NCBI GenBank assembly: GCA_038873795.1
Contig: JAVZDR010000011.1
Location: forward strand, 1-19,320
Direction: 5' to 3'
Origin: Candidatus Micrarchaeaceae archaeon
GTDB taxonomy: Archaea > Micrarchaeota > Micrarchaeia > Micrarchaeales > CABMGC01
DNA length: 19,320 bases
Under the pieces are notes generated by a model, which saw nothing but the letters and a program-made list of their open reading frames with translations, did not search any database and was not told the origin of the DNA. The first letter of the stretch is position 1; every line of letters starts with the position of its first letter. A program made the position numbers and the translations under genes. This document shows, in pieces, positions 1-8,275 of the stretch.

Positions 1-2
1 CA

Positions 3-299
3 GAAGAAGATAGGACTGGGCGTAGGAGGAGGATAAAGATGAAAGATTTTTTGAAGATGATAAAGGTACATGGCAACACTCTTGATGAATGGTATGCTAT
101 GGTGAAGAAAGAGATAATAAGCAAAACAGAAGTCCAGATAGTCGATGGCAAGAGGACTGAGATAGTAAAGGAGGGCAAGCTTACAGCAGAGGAAAAGATG
201 AGATACAAGCAGATGATAAAGGATGTGAAGAAGAATATAAGCCCACTCCACATTTTCGTCAAGAAATTTGTAAGGTTCATGGCCTTGTATATAGGATAG
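3..299 (+). CDS. Hypothetical protein, probably the 3' part of a gene starting before the window
   Basis: The frame is open from base 3 (EEDRTGRRRRIKMKDF...) to TAG at 297-299. Purine-rich codon pattern matches neighbouring genes. No family recognised. Confidence 0.6.
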   Translation, partial: EEDRTGRRRRIKMKDFLKMIKVHGNTLDEWYAMVKKEIISKTEVQIVDGKRTEIVKEGKLTAEEKMRYKQMIKDVKKNISPLHIFVKKFVRFMALYIG

Positions 300-321
300 T
301 GCGCTCTTCCTTTAACGCTCT

Positions 322-457
322 AAAAACCCTGATTCCATGGAGAAATGCAGGCTTCCGCAGATAGGCCCAAAACACAACCCATCTCTAATTCGAGAATGGA
401 TGTAACGAAGGGCCATTGCAGGGCCCCTAAGAAAGCATTTGTTGCTCTTCGAGGGCC
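322..457 (-). ncRNA. Candidate structured non-coding RNA (~135 nt, three hairpins, U-tract end)
   Basis: Minus-strand hairpins at 457-422, 414-364 (extendable to about 421-356) and 351-328, followed by GUUUUU. Several G-U pairs form only on the minus strand. A TTTTATA box lies upstream at 484-478. Confidence 0.4.
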
Positions 458-476
458 TCTGACGCATCAAGCAAAA

Positions 477-485
477 GTATAAAAG
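477..485. promoter_or_regulatory. TATA-like box, possibly bidirectional (rpl1 operon and upstream RNA candidate)
   Basis: GTATAAAAG on + and CTTTTATAC on -, about 95 nt upstream of the rpl1 ATG. Confidence 0.45.
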
Positions 486-545
486 CTTATCCTGGCATAA
501 AACTAACAAATCTTGTAGGAGTGCTTTGCTTAAAGCAGCTCTTTT

Positions 546-575
546 TCCCGCAAGTACTGCAGTTTGCAGGAGGGG
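546..575 (+). promoter_or_regulatory. Putative uL1 autoregulatory binding element in the rpl1 5' UTR, overlapping the SD
   Basis: CCC-GCAAGUA-CUGC-AGUUU-GCAG-GA-GGG forms two helices around an asymmetric GCAAGUA/GA loop, like L1-binding sites. It contains the AGGAGG SD. Confidence 0.65.
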
Positions 576-579
576 TTGA

Positions 580-1212
580 ATGGCTGAGAATTTCGAGGAG
601 TTCGAGAAGTTCATAAATTCAGAAAAGGGCAAGAGGAAGTTCAAGCAGAGTGTAGAGCTTGCGATCAACTTCAAAGGCATCGATTTCAGCAAGCAGGAGA
701 ATAGGCTGAACATGAGCATACTGCTGCCGCATCCGAAAGGCAAGAGCACAAAACTCGCCGTATTTGCAAACAGTGCACCATTGATAAGTGAATCAAAAAA
801 GCTCGGGATAGAGGTAATAAACGGCAGCGACATAGCTACAATAGCAAGCGACAAGCTCAAGTTGAAGTCGCTCCTCAACTATACGCTCTTCGCTGAGCCG
901 GCGCTGATGCCTGTGGTGGCAAAAAGCCTCGGCCAATTTCTCGGCCCGAGGGACATGATGCCTAAGCCGCTCATGGATAGCGGTGCCCTTTCAGGTCTCT
1001 CTGCCGAAGCAGATAGGAGGATTACTCTAAAAAGCAAAGGCAAATACCTGCCTACTGTGCACTGCATGGTTGGCAAGGAGGACATGCAGCCAAAGGAAAT
1101 ATATGAAAATGTTGAAGAGGTGCTTAACAGCATAGCCAAGAAGTTGGGCAGGACCCATATAAAGTCCGTGTATGTGAAGCTCAGTATGAGCAAGCCATTC
1201 AGGCTCATTTAG
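580..1212 (+). CDS. rpl1: 50S ribosomal protein L1 (uL1)
   Basis: Motifs RKFKQSVELAINFKGID, LGQFLGPRDMMPKP and VYVKLSMS. First gene of the L1-L10-L12 cluster. Confidence 0.97.
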   Translation: MAENFEEFEKFINSEKGKRKFKQSVELAINFKGIDFSKQENRLNMSILLPHPKGKSTKLAVFANSAPLISESKKLGIEVINGSDIATIASDKLKLKSLLNYTLFAEPALMPVVAKSLGQFLGPRDMMPKPLMDSGALSGLSAEADRRITLKSKGKYLPTVHCMVGKEDMQPKEIYENVEEVLNSIAKKLGRTHIKSVYVKLSMSKPFRLI

Positions 1213-1220
1213 GTGTGTAA

Positions 1221-2060
1221 ATGCTGAAGTCAGAGAAGATAGAGTTTGTAAAGAGGCTCAGGGACGAGATCAAGCGCTACAAGGTTGTAGGCGTAATGCC
1301 TCTCAATTCAGTGCCTGACAGCCTTCTGCAGAAGGCTAGGAACAGCCTCAAGAATGAATCAACGAAGATAGTTGTAGCGAGAAAAAGCCTGATGCTCAGG
1401 GCTCTCGAAGGCAACGGGAGCCTTGGCGACCTTGCAAAGTACATAGACAAGAACGTTGCGCTGGTGCTCTCCAACAAGGATATATTTGATCTTTATGGCA
1501 AAGTTTCCGCAAACAAAATCAGGCTTTCTGCAAAGCCAGGGCAAATTGCCCCAAATGATATAATAGTCGAAGCAAAAGAGACAACAATAGCGCCGGGGCA
1601 GGCTGTAACAGACCTTAAAAAAGCCGGCATAGATGTGCAGGTGCAGAAAGGGAAGGTCGTCATAGCCAAGAGCAAGAAGATTGTGGAGAAGGGCGCGGTT
1701 GTAAGCGCAGCAGTCTCAAAGGTGCTCAAGATACTCGAGATAATGCCTTTCGAGGCAAAGACAACGCTCTCGGCTGCGGTATCAGACAACCTCTTGTTCA
1801 CAGAAGATGTATTCATGATTGACAAGGACTATGCCATAAAGGGCATATCAGAGGCGTTTGCGCAGGGATATGCACTGAGCGTAGAAGCAGAATATATAAC
1901 ACCTTATAATGTGGAAGCATTCATAAGGAAGGCTTACCTAAATGCACTGTGCATTGGAATTTCAGCAAAGATTTACGAGCCTGGAATAGTGGAAAGGCTT
2001 ATTGCAGACGGAGTTGCTAGGGCGATGGCCCTTAGCAATTCATCAAATCAAAATGCTTGA
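1221..2060 (+). CDS. rpl10: 50S ribosomal protein L10/P0 (uL10)
   Basis: Motifs AKPGQIAPNDIIV and GIDVQVQKGKVVIAK, plus C-terminal stalk-binding helices. Synteny with rpl1 and rpl12. Confidence 0.96.
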   Translation: MLKSEKIEFVKRLRDEIKRYKVVGVMPLNSVPDSLLQKARNSLKNESTKIVVARKSLMLRALEGNGSLGDLAKYIDKNVALVLSNKDIFDLYGKVSANKIRLSAKPGQIAPNDIIVEAKETTIAPGQAVTDLKKAGIDVQVQKGKVVIAKSKKIVEKGAVVSAAVSKVLKILEIMPFEAKTTLSAAVSDNLLFTEDVFMIDKDYAIKGISEAFAQGYALSVEAEYITPYNVEAFIRKAYLNALCIGISAKIYEPGIVERLIADGVARAMALSNSSNQNA

Positions 2061-2069
2061 GGTGTAAAA

Positions 2070-2375
2070 ATGGAATACATATATGCTGCCCTTTTATTGG
2101 ACGCGGCAGGAAAGGAGATAAACGAGGAAAGCATATCCAATATCATAAAGACAGCAGGCATAACTCCGGACGAAGCCAGGATAAAAGCTTTGGTAAATTC
2201 TCTGAAGGGCGTGAATATAAAGGATGTGATAAAGAACGCGCAGAATTTCCAGCCTGTACAGCAACAGGCGGCTCCAGCTGGTGCATCCGGCGAGAAGAAG
2301 GCTGAAAAGAAGGAGGAGGAGCAGAAGAAAACAGAAGAGGAAGCAGCTGGAGGGCTTGCGAGCTTGTTCGGCTAG
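2070..2375 (+). CDS. rpl12: Archaeal stalk protein L12/P1
   Basis: [11 protein letters not shown]-terminus, Ala/Gln hinge and acidic tail ending GLASLFG. GAGGTG SD upstream. Confidence 0.98.
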   Translation: MEYIYAALLLDAAGKEINEESISNIIKTAGITPDEARIKALVNSLKGVNIKDVIKNAQNFQPVQQQAAPAGASGEKKAEKKEEEQKKTEEEAAGGLASLFG

Positions 2376-2378
2376 TGC

Positions 2379-3752
2379 ATGGATGAAATAGCGGAGTACG
2401 CACTCAGTCTTGCCGAGAGGAAGAGCGATTATGCCGAGGTCTACTTTGAGCGTAGCAGATCTTACTCATTTGCAATAGAGCAAGGTCTTGTCAATGGCGG
2501 CGGTTTCTCAGATGAAGTAGGTCTGAGGCTAAGGTTCCTGAAAGGGGGCAGTATATATACAATATCAACCAATAGGCTCGACAAAAGTATAATAGCAAAA
2601 ATGGTTGCGGCCGCAAAGCCTCTTGGCGCCTCTACTGTTCTCTCAGCAGAAAAGCCTGAAAAGGCCGAGTATGAAGTAAAGGAGAAGAAACCCATATCAA
2701 GCGGCGAGATGCTTAAGACCTTGCTGGGCATAGACAAAACCCTGAAAGGCAGCAAGAGCGTGAAATTCAGAAGCGTATACGGCGGCTTTGGCAAGGAAAT
2801 AGCATACTACAAAAATTCCGAAGGGAGCGAAATAAGGAGCAGCTTGCCAATAGTGAGTGCATTTATAAGCATGATAATAGGCAAGGGCAGCGAGACAAGG
2901 CAGAGATTCGTCCAATTCGGCGGCACAGGTGGCTACGAAGTTTTTGATGAAAGTGCAGTGAGCAGAAAACTAGAAGATGAAATAAAAGGAATAAGTAATG
3001 TAATAGAAAAGGGCGTGAGCCTGAGCAGCAATGCGCTAAGGAGTATAAAAAACGTCGTGATTTCAAGCGAGATAAGCGGCATAGCTGTGCACGAAAGCGT
3101 CGGACACCCTAATGAGGCTGACAGGGTCTTCGGGAGGGAGTCTGCGCAGGCAGGCGAGAGCTACATAACTAAGGAAGGCTTGGGCATGCGTATAGGGAGC
3201 GACGCGGTTACTGTAATAGATGATCCTACAATCAGAAACTCGTACGGCTTCTTCCTATACGACGATGAAGGGGTAAAGGCAAGGCCGAAGGCGATAATCG
3301 AAAAGGGCATGCAGAAAGAACTCCTGCTCAACAGAGAGTATGCCGGAATGCTTGGCATAAAGAGCAATGGCTCTGCTAGGAGTGACAGCTACGCCAATGA
3401 GCCCATAATAAGGATGTCAAATACCTACCTCAAAGGTGGCAGCGCGAGTTTCGACGATCTTGTGAGCGAGGCTCGGAATGGCATCTATATTAAAAGCTTC
3501 ACGGAATGGAACATAGACGATACAAGGAGCTTCTCCCGGTACAGGGGAAATGAGGCATATATAATAAAGAACGGCAGCATAGAAGAGCCTGTCAAGAACT
3601 ATGTCCTTGAAACCACAACGCTGAGGTTCTGGAATGCCGTTGCGCTCGTTGATAGGAATGTGGAGTATTACCTAGGCGAATGTGGGAAGGGCGAGCCTGC
3701 GCAGGGTGTGCCTGTAACAATGGGCGGCGCAGACGCACTGCTGGAGTTCTGA
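2379..3752 (+). CDS. tldD: TldD family metalloprotease (catalytic subunit)
   Basis: HExxGHxxE metal motif (HESVGHPNEAD), YDDEGV, RMSNTY, and C-terminal CGKGEPAQGVPV with the conserved Cys. Confidence 0.93.
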   Translation: MDEIAEYALSLAERKSDYAEVYFERSRSYSFAIEQGLVNGGGFSDEVGLRLRFLKGGSIYTISTNRLDKSIIAKMVAAAKPLGASTVLSAEKPEKAEYEVKEKKPISSGEMLKTLLGIDKTLKGSKSVKFRSVYGGFGKEIAYYKNSEGSEIRSSLPIVSAFISMIIGKGSETRQRFVQFGGTGGYEVFDESAVSRKLEDEIKGISNVIEKGVSLSSNALRSIKNVVISSEISGIAVHESVGHPNEADRVFGRESAQAGESYITKEGLGMRIGSDAVTVIDDPTIRNSYGFFLYDDEGVKARPKAIIEKGMQKELLLNREYAGMLGIKSNGSARSDSYANEPIIRMSNTYLKGGSASFDDLVSEARNGIYIKSFTEWNIDDTRSFSRYRGNEAYIIKNGSIEEPVKNYVLETTTLRFWNAVALVDRNVEYYLGECGKGEPAQGVPVTMGGADALLEF

Positions 3753-3756
3753 TTTG

Positions 3757-5100
3757 ATGATAGAGATAGCAGAGAAGATAGTAAAGTATGCTGTTGCCCA
3801 GAAATTTGATGAGGCTGTGGCTGAGGTATACGAAAGCAGGAGAAGGTACCTGAAGATTGCAAACTCAAAAATAGATTCCATCGTGGACAAGAATTCACTC
3901 AGCGCAAATCTCTTCCTGACAAGCAGGAAGCGTGTATTATTCATATCAATCAAGAAATTGGGGGATTCAGAAATAGTTGGTTCTATAAAGAAAGCAAAGG
4001 CCATAATCGCAAAGATGAAGGCTAAGGAAGACTACAATGGAATCGCAGCTGGGCCTTTCAAGTACAGAGAGAACCCAGGATACGACAAAAAAATCCTTGA
4101 TTATAGCTATGAAGATATGAAAGATATTGCCGAAGCCGCGATAAACGATGCGGTTTCGCATGGCGCATCCAATGTTTCAGGCACTCTTCTCATCGGCTAT
4201 GCAAAGTTAAGCCTTGCCACAAGCAAGCACGTTGCTGAGAGCGAGACAGGCACGTTTTCAAGACTTACACTTCGGATATCCAAGAATGGCCTGTCATTCC
4301 AGGATTTCTTAGCATCGAGATATATTAATGAGATAAGGAGGCAGAGCATAGCCAAAGAGGGCGCAAGATTCATAGATGGGCTTGCAACAGGTAGGATCAA
4401 AGCCGGAAGATACGATGCAATTTATATGCCGTCTCCGGCGGGCCTTCTCTTATCCAATGTAAATGCCATGGCGTGCATAGGTAACATAGAGACAGGCAGC
4501 TTTTTGTCAGGCAAAATTGGGAAGGAAATAGCAAATAAAAATATCTCCATTTATGATGATGGCAGAGCCAAGAGTGGCATAAACTCCTCGGCATTCGATG
4601 ATGAGGGGTTCCCCACGCAGAAGACAAAATTGGTAGAAAATGGCATACTGAAGAGCTACCTCCACAACTATTCAACCGCGGTAAAATACAACACAAGGAG
4701 CACAGGAAATGCGGGCCTTGTAGAGCCCTCGCCGAATACGCTCGTTTTCTCGCACAGAAAACGCGTGAGCCTAGACAAACTTGTCTCAAATGTTGATAAT
4801 GGCATACTGCTCAGCTCAACCTGGTATACCAGGTTCAGCAACTACCTAAGTGGAGACTTCTCTACAGTGCCGAGGGACCTTGCAATATACATAAAAAATG
4901 GAGAGCCAAGGTTCGCGATAAAGGCAGCTTACGCGAAGTCTATGCTCGGCATAAGGATAAGCGACAACATTATAAGGATGCTCAAGAACATAGACTATGC
5001 GTCCACAAGACTAAGGCAAAGCACATCCTGGGACTCTGAAGGCAGCTATTATTTTGTGCCTGACATACTTGTAAGGGATGTGAAAGTCACAGTAGCATAG
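3757..5100 (+). CDS. tldE: TldE/PmbA family protein (non-catalytic partner)
   Basis: FDDEGFPT, ENGILKSYLHN and STGNAG motifs; no HExxH; directly follows tldD. Start could be TTG 3754 or ATG 3757. Confidence 0.9.
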   Translation: MIEIAEKIVKYAVAQKFDEAVAEVYESRRRYLKIANSKIDSIVDKNSLSANLFLTSRKRVLFISIKKLGDSEIVGSIKKAKAIIAKMKAKEDYNGIAAGPFKYRENPGYDKKILDYSYEDMKDIAEAAINDAVSHGASNVSGTLLIGYAKLSLATSKHVAESETGTFSRLTLRISKNGLSFQDFLASRYINEIRRQSIAKEGARFIDGLATGRIKAGRYDAIYMPSPAGLLLSNVNAMACIGNIETGSFLSGKIGKEIANKNISIYDDGRAKSGINSSAFDDEGFPTQKTKLVENGILKSYLHNYSTAVKYNTRSTGNAGLVEPSPNTLVFSHRKRVSLDKLVSNVDNGILLSSTWYTRFSNYLSGDFSTVPRDLAIYIKNGEPRFAIKAAYAKSMLGIRISDNIIRMLKNIDYASTRLRQSTSWDSEGSYYFVPDILVRDVKVTVA

Positions 5101-5105
5101 TTTAT

Positions 5106-5465
5106 CTAATAGCCAAAGGGATAATAGAAACCTATTATCTCTCTAATTCTGAGATAACAGAGATATCATCATACCTTGAAGATGCAAAGGCAAATTTTGT
5201 GAAGACCAGCACAGGTTTTGCAATTAAAGGCAAGAACCACCCTGACAGGAACCCGGAATATATAGGTTTTGCGCTTGAGACTGTGCCATTCATAGCAGCC
5301 GGCGTGGCCAACAAGAAGAATACAGGCATAAAGCTAGCCGGAGGCATAGGCAATGCCGAATATGCCCTTGCCGGGATAAAGGCTTGCATTGACGCTGGAT
5401 GGGGCCTAGACAAGATAAGGATAGGGGCAAGCAGCGCGAGGAGCATAATTGATGGTATCGGTTAG
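5106..5465 (+). pseudogene. deoC: 5'-truncated deoxyribose-phosphate aldolase (C-terminal half only)
   Basis: In-frame LIAKGIIETYYL...ANFVKTSTGF...GIKLAGGI...RIGASS. The frame is closed upstream by TGA at 5061-5063 with no ATG/GTG/TTG before the homologous part. Confidence 0.8.
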
Positions 5466-5547
5466 GAAAATTTACCGGCAGCAAACCAAATCGACGAAAC
5501 GCTTTTAATTTTAGGTGCTGTATTGGATTTATCTGGTTTGTGATTTG

Positions 5548-5907
5548 ATGGATGTATATGTAGAAAAGCCTAAATGCACTGGCTGCAATCACTGCAGGGA
5601 TGTATGCCCTGTGGGTGTGTTTGAAATAAAGGATAGGCGCAACATAGATGAGGTAAACACTGACCATGCCCCCGACGAATTCAAATGGACGGGCAAAAGC
5701 GATCCTGCAGTTGTTGCAAAATGGAGCAACGTTCAGGATGGGCATAATCATTTTGCTGATGTTGAAAAGGACGGCAGCGGTGGCATATCAGTTGCGGTAA
5801 ATGGGTCAGCCTGCATATTGTGCCAGGCATGCCTCATAGAATGCGAAGGCGAATGCATAGTAATTACTGACGACACAGGTACAGTGTACCGCTCAATCTA
5901 CAAATAG
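5548..5907 (+). CDS. Dicluster 4Fe-4S ferredoxin with a long inter-motif insertion
   Basis: CTGCNHCRDVCP and CILCQACLIEC motifs. ATG 5548 preferred over GTG 5515. TTTTAA box near 5503. Confidence 0.88.
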   Translation: MDVYVEKPKCTGCNHCRDVCPVGVFEIKDRRNIDEVNTDHAPDEFKWTGKSDPAVVAKWSNVQDGHNHFADVEKDGSGGISVAVNGSACILCQACLIECEGECIVITDDTGTVYRSIYK

Positions 5908-5933
5908 CCAGCAAAAACAGTTGCGCGCCCACA

Positions 5934-7187
5934 CTACTTTATGACCACTTTATCGGATATATCGGTTATCCTGTCTATTGTATAGTTTATCTTGTTCCCG
6001 AAGCTCGTGTTTATAGTTATTAAGCCCCTCTTAGTGTTCACACCCGCAATCTTGCCTATCAGTGCGCCAAGCTCATTGACAACAAGCTTGCCAACGAGCC
6101 GCTTTGTCTTGAGCAGCTTGCGCCTGAGATAGCCTGTGAAGAAAGATATGGCTACGCCTATAATTATTGCAAGCACCACAAAGAGGAGGAGCTGGCCGAA
6201 GTATATCTGGCCTATTATCCAGGCCACGAATGCATAAAGCATGACCCAGAGTATTATAGATGAGCCTACATACATGCCATATTTGAAATTCCTAAAGATG
6301 TATCTGCTGTTTCTAGCATCTATTATCCTGCCTATAAGGTACATTATAAGGACAATCGGCAGGAGCACAAGGAAGCCCTCTATGGCATACAGCCAAAGCA
6401 GCGTTGGATTGCTTGTCACGGAAGCCTGCGCCGCATAGTTGCCGTAGCCGAGGAAGATGCTTGCAATTAAGAAGAGCAGCGAGCCAAGATAAAAGACGAA
6501 GCTTATCCTATCTATGCTGAAGCCGAATCCTCTGAACGAGTTGAGCAGCGCATCCTCCATGCCGAAACCCTTTATAGCTAAGTATATGCCTATTATTGCT
6601 ACTGGCGCTTCCCAGCCAAGCCCCAAAAGGTAGCTCAGGGCAAAGAGCAGAAGGAGCAAAGCTGGTATGCCAAAGACTATCCTCGCATAGTGCGGCTCCT
6701 TGAGCTTCTCAAGAAGCGTGAAGTATGTATTCTCCAGGTTTTCAGCTTGTTTCATCTTCACGTATCTTACGCCATTTATCTTCACCCTTGATTCCACAAG
6801 CGGAAGAACGCGCTTGTCGCTGGCGCCATCAGTCACGAATATGCATGCATCAGCCTTATACTCAGCTAGGACAAGCTCCAGCTGCCTCGCAATCTCTCTG
6901 TCAGCCTCATAGCCTTCTGTCTCAGCCCCTGTTATGGTTGCAACGTTTACGAAGTAACCCTCCTTCTTGAGCTCATCGTAGAGCTTCACAGCCTGGAACA
7001 TTGTATTTGCGTCTGTTTCCTCAGGGTCGGCAAGGGAAAGCTGTGTCGCAGCATTGAGGTTCTGGACCTTGCCAACAATCGGCCCGCTTATCCCCGTTTT
7101 CCTGTAAAGATCGTTGTCTATGTCAACAGCAAGTACAAGCAACCGCTCGTCCTTGGCCTTAGCCAGGCCCTTTATGCTCTCCATCAT
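5934..7187 (-). CDS. DUF373 family membrane protein with a probable C-terminal PRC-barrel
   Basis: N-terminal VDIDNDL, DPEETDAN and VTDGASD motifs typical of DUF373/COG2237; several TM helices; C-terminal LVGKLVVNELGALIGKI resembles a PRC barrel. Confidence 0.85.
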   Translation of the reverse strand: MMESIKGLAKAKDERLLVLAVDIDNDLYRKTGISGPIVGKVQNLNAATQLSLADPEETDANTMFQAVKLYDELKKEGYFVNVATITGAETEGYEADREIARQLELVLAEYKADACIFVTDGASDKRVLPLVESRVKINGVRYVKMKQAENLENTYFTLLEKLKEPHYARIVFGIPALLLLLFALSYLLGLGWEAPVAIIGIYLAIKGFGMEDALLNSFRGFGFSIDRISFVFYLGSLLFLIASIFLGYGNYAAQASVTSNPTLLWLYAIEGFLVLLPIVLIMYLIGRIIDARNSRYIFRNFKYGMYVGSSIILWVMLYAFVAWIIGQIYFGQLLLFVVLAIIIGVAISFFTGYLRRKLLKTKRLVGKLVVNELGALIGKIAGVNTKRGLITINTSFGNKINYTIDRITDISDKVVIK

Positions 7188-7373
7188 GATTTATTTATGC
7201 GTAATCATTTTAAATACTTATTAGGTGCGGCTTATCCGAATCTCAAAATAGGCAAGTGCAATCGCTTTCATTCCCTTGCCAAGCCAATGGGCTTTCGCTA
7301 GCTGAGGTGAAGTAGCTTGCTGCTTTCAATGATTTTATGGTTTCAAAGAAATGGATCATCACGGCTCAGTAAC

Positions 7374-7383
7374 ATTTTTATAT
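7374..7383 (+). promoter_or_regulatory. TATA box for the rpl30-rpl15 unit
   Basis: ATTTTTATAT about 55 nt upstream of the rpl30 ATG. The same CATTTTTATA motif precedes rpoD. Confidence 0.55.
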
Positions 7384-7435
7384 CCTTACTAAGCAATAGT
7401 TATGTCAAGTCAGTATGCCTGCTTTACGTGTTTTT

Positions 7436-7867
7436 ATGGTCAGTAAAAAAGACTTAGAGAAGAAGCTACTAGCTATAATCAGGGTGAGAGGCAGGGCAAA
7501 TGTAAGGCGCAGCATCAGCGAGACCCTGAACAGGCTCAACCTTAGAAGGGTCAACAATCTCGTCCTTGTCTTTGGGCAGGGTCAGAGCATAGGGATGATA
7601 AAGAAGTGCACTGATTACATAGCATATGGTGAGATAGACAAGGCGACGCTCGGCGCGCTCAATGCCGCAAAAGGCCTTGGGCTCGACGATGAGAAAATCG
7701 AAGGCATGCTCTCAGGAAAAATACCCCCAGGCGAGGTTCTAAGCCTTCCGATAAGAATGAAACCACCAAAACACGGCTACAAAAGCATAAAAAGGAATGT
7801 GAATGATGGTGGTTCCCTTGGATACAACGGCGCAGGCATAAACAACCTTATAAAAAGGATGTTGTGA
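7436..7867 (+). CDS. rpl30: 50S ribosomal protein L30 (uL30, archaeal long form)
   Basis: AIIRVRG, TLNRLNLRRVN, YIAYGE, RMKPPKHGY and GSLGYNG..INNLIKRM motifs. Alternative ATG at 7415. Confidence 0.95.
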   Translation: MVSKKDLEKKLLAIIRVRGRANVRRSISETLNRLNLRRVNNLVLVFGQGQSIGMIKKCTDYIAYGEIDKATLGALNAAKGLGLDDEKIEGMLSGKIPPGEVLSLPIRMKPPKHGYKSIKRNVNDGGSLGYNGAGINNLIKRML

Positions 7868-7872
7868 TAAAC

Positions 7873-8271
7873 ATGGTTCAAAGGTTCAGAAAAAGAAGCA
7901 GGAAGTACCTTGGCAAGAGGAGCTGGGGCGCTGGCAACATAAAAAACAACCGTGGCTCTGGTGAAAGGGGCGGAGTTGGAAAGGCTGGAAGGAAACACAA
8001 ATTCACAAGGATTATTGTTTACGAACGCGAAAGGCTTAGGAAAAAAGGCTTCTACAGCTGGAACAGGTCCAACCTCAGGGAGATAGATATCTCAGAGATA
8101 TCAAAGCTTGCGAATAAATCCAATGATCCAAAACCTACGATAGAGCTGAAAGGCTATAAGGTCCTTGGTGACGGCTTTATGGAAAAGCCGGCTATAATAA
8201 AAGCGAGCGGCTTTTCTAAGCGCGCCGCGGAGAAGATAAGCGGCGCCGGAGGCGAAGCTGTGCTGCTGTGA
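7873..8271 (+). CDS. rpl15: 50S ribosomal protein L15 (uL15)
   Basis: RGSGERGGVGKAG, YKVLGDG and FSKRAAEKISGAGG motifs; follows rpl30. Confidence 0.95.
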   Translation: MVQRFRKRSRKYLGKRSWGAGNIKNNRGSGERGGVGKAGRKHKFTRIIVYERERLRKKGFYSWNRSNLREIDISEISKLANKSNDPKPTIELKGYKVLGDGFMEKPAIIKASGFSKRAAEKISGAGGEAVLL

Positions 8272-8275
8272 CGTG

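Noticed and set aside
322..457. 5S rRNA, SRP RNA or RNase P RNA identity for the structured region
   Set aside because: Only a loose CCAUUCUCGAA resemblance to 5S loop C. No 5S helix I closure, SRP helix-8 motif or GAGGAAAGUCC P4 motif.
312..878. 188-aa minus-strand ORF and the many other antisense ORFs in the track (e.g. 879-1208, 1493-1825, 2462-2794, 13659-14246, 14973-15431)
   Set aside because: They are shadow frames opposite well-identified genes, Ser/Leu/Phe-rich as expected from antisense reading, with no motifs.
2057..2305. 82-aa alternative-frame ORF over rpl12
   Set aside because: Overlaps the unambiguous rpl12 in another frame.
5199..5465. 88-aa ORF as a complete gene with a GTG start
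   Set aside because: The GTG is the Val of FVKTSTGF, and DeoC similarity continues about 30 codons upstream.
7300..7362. C/D box sRNA on the minus strand starting at GTGATGA
   Set aside because: No CTGA D box at a suitable distance and no convincing C'/D' pair.
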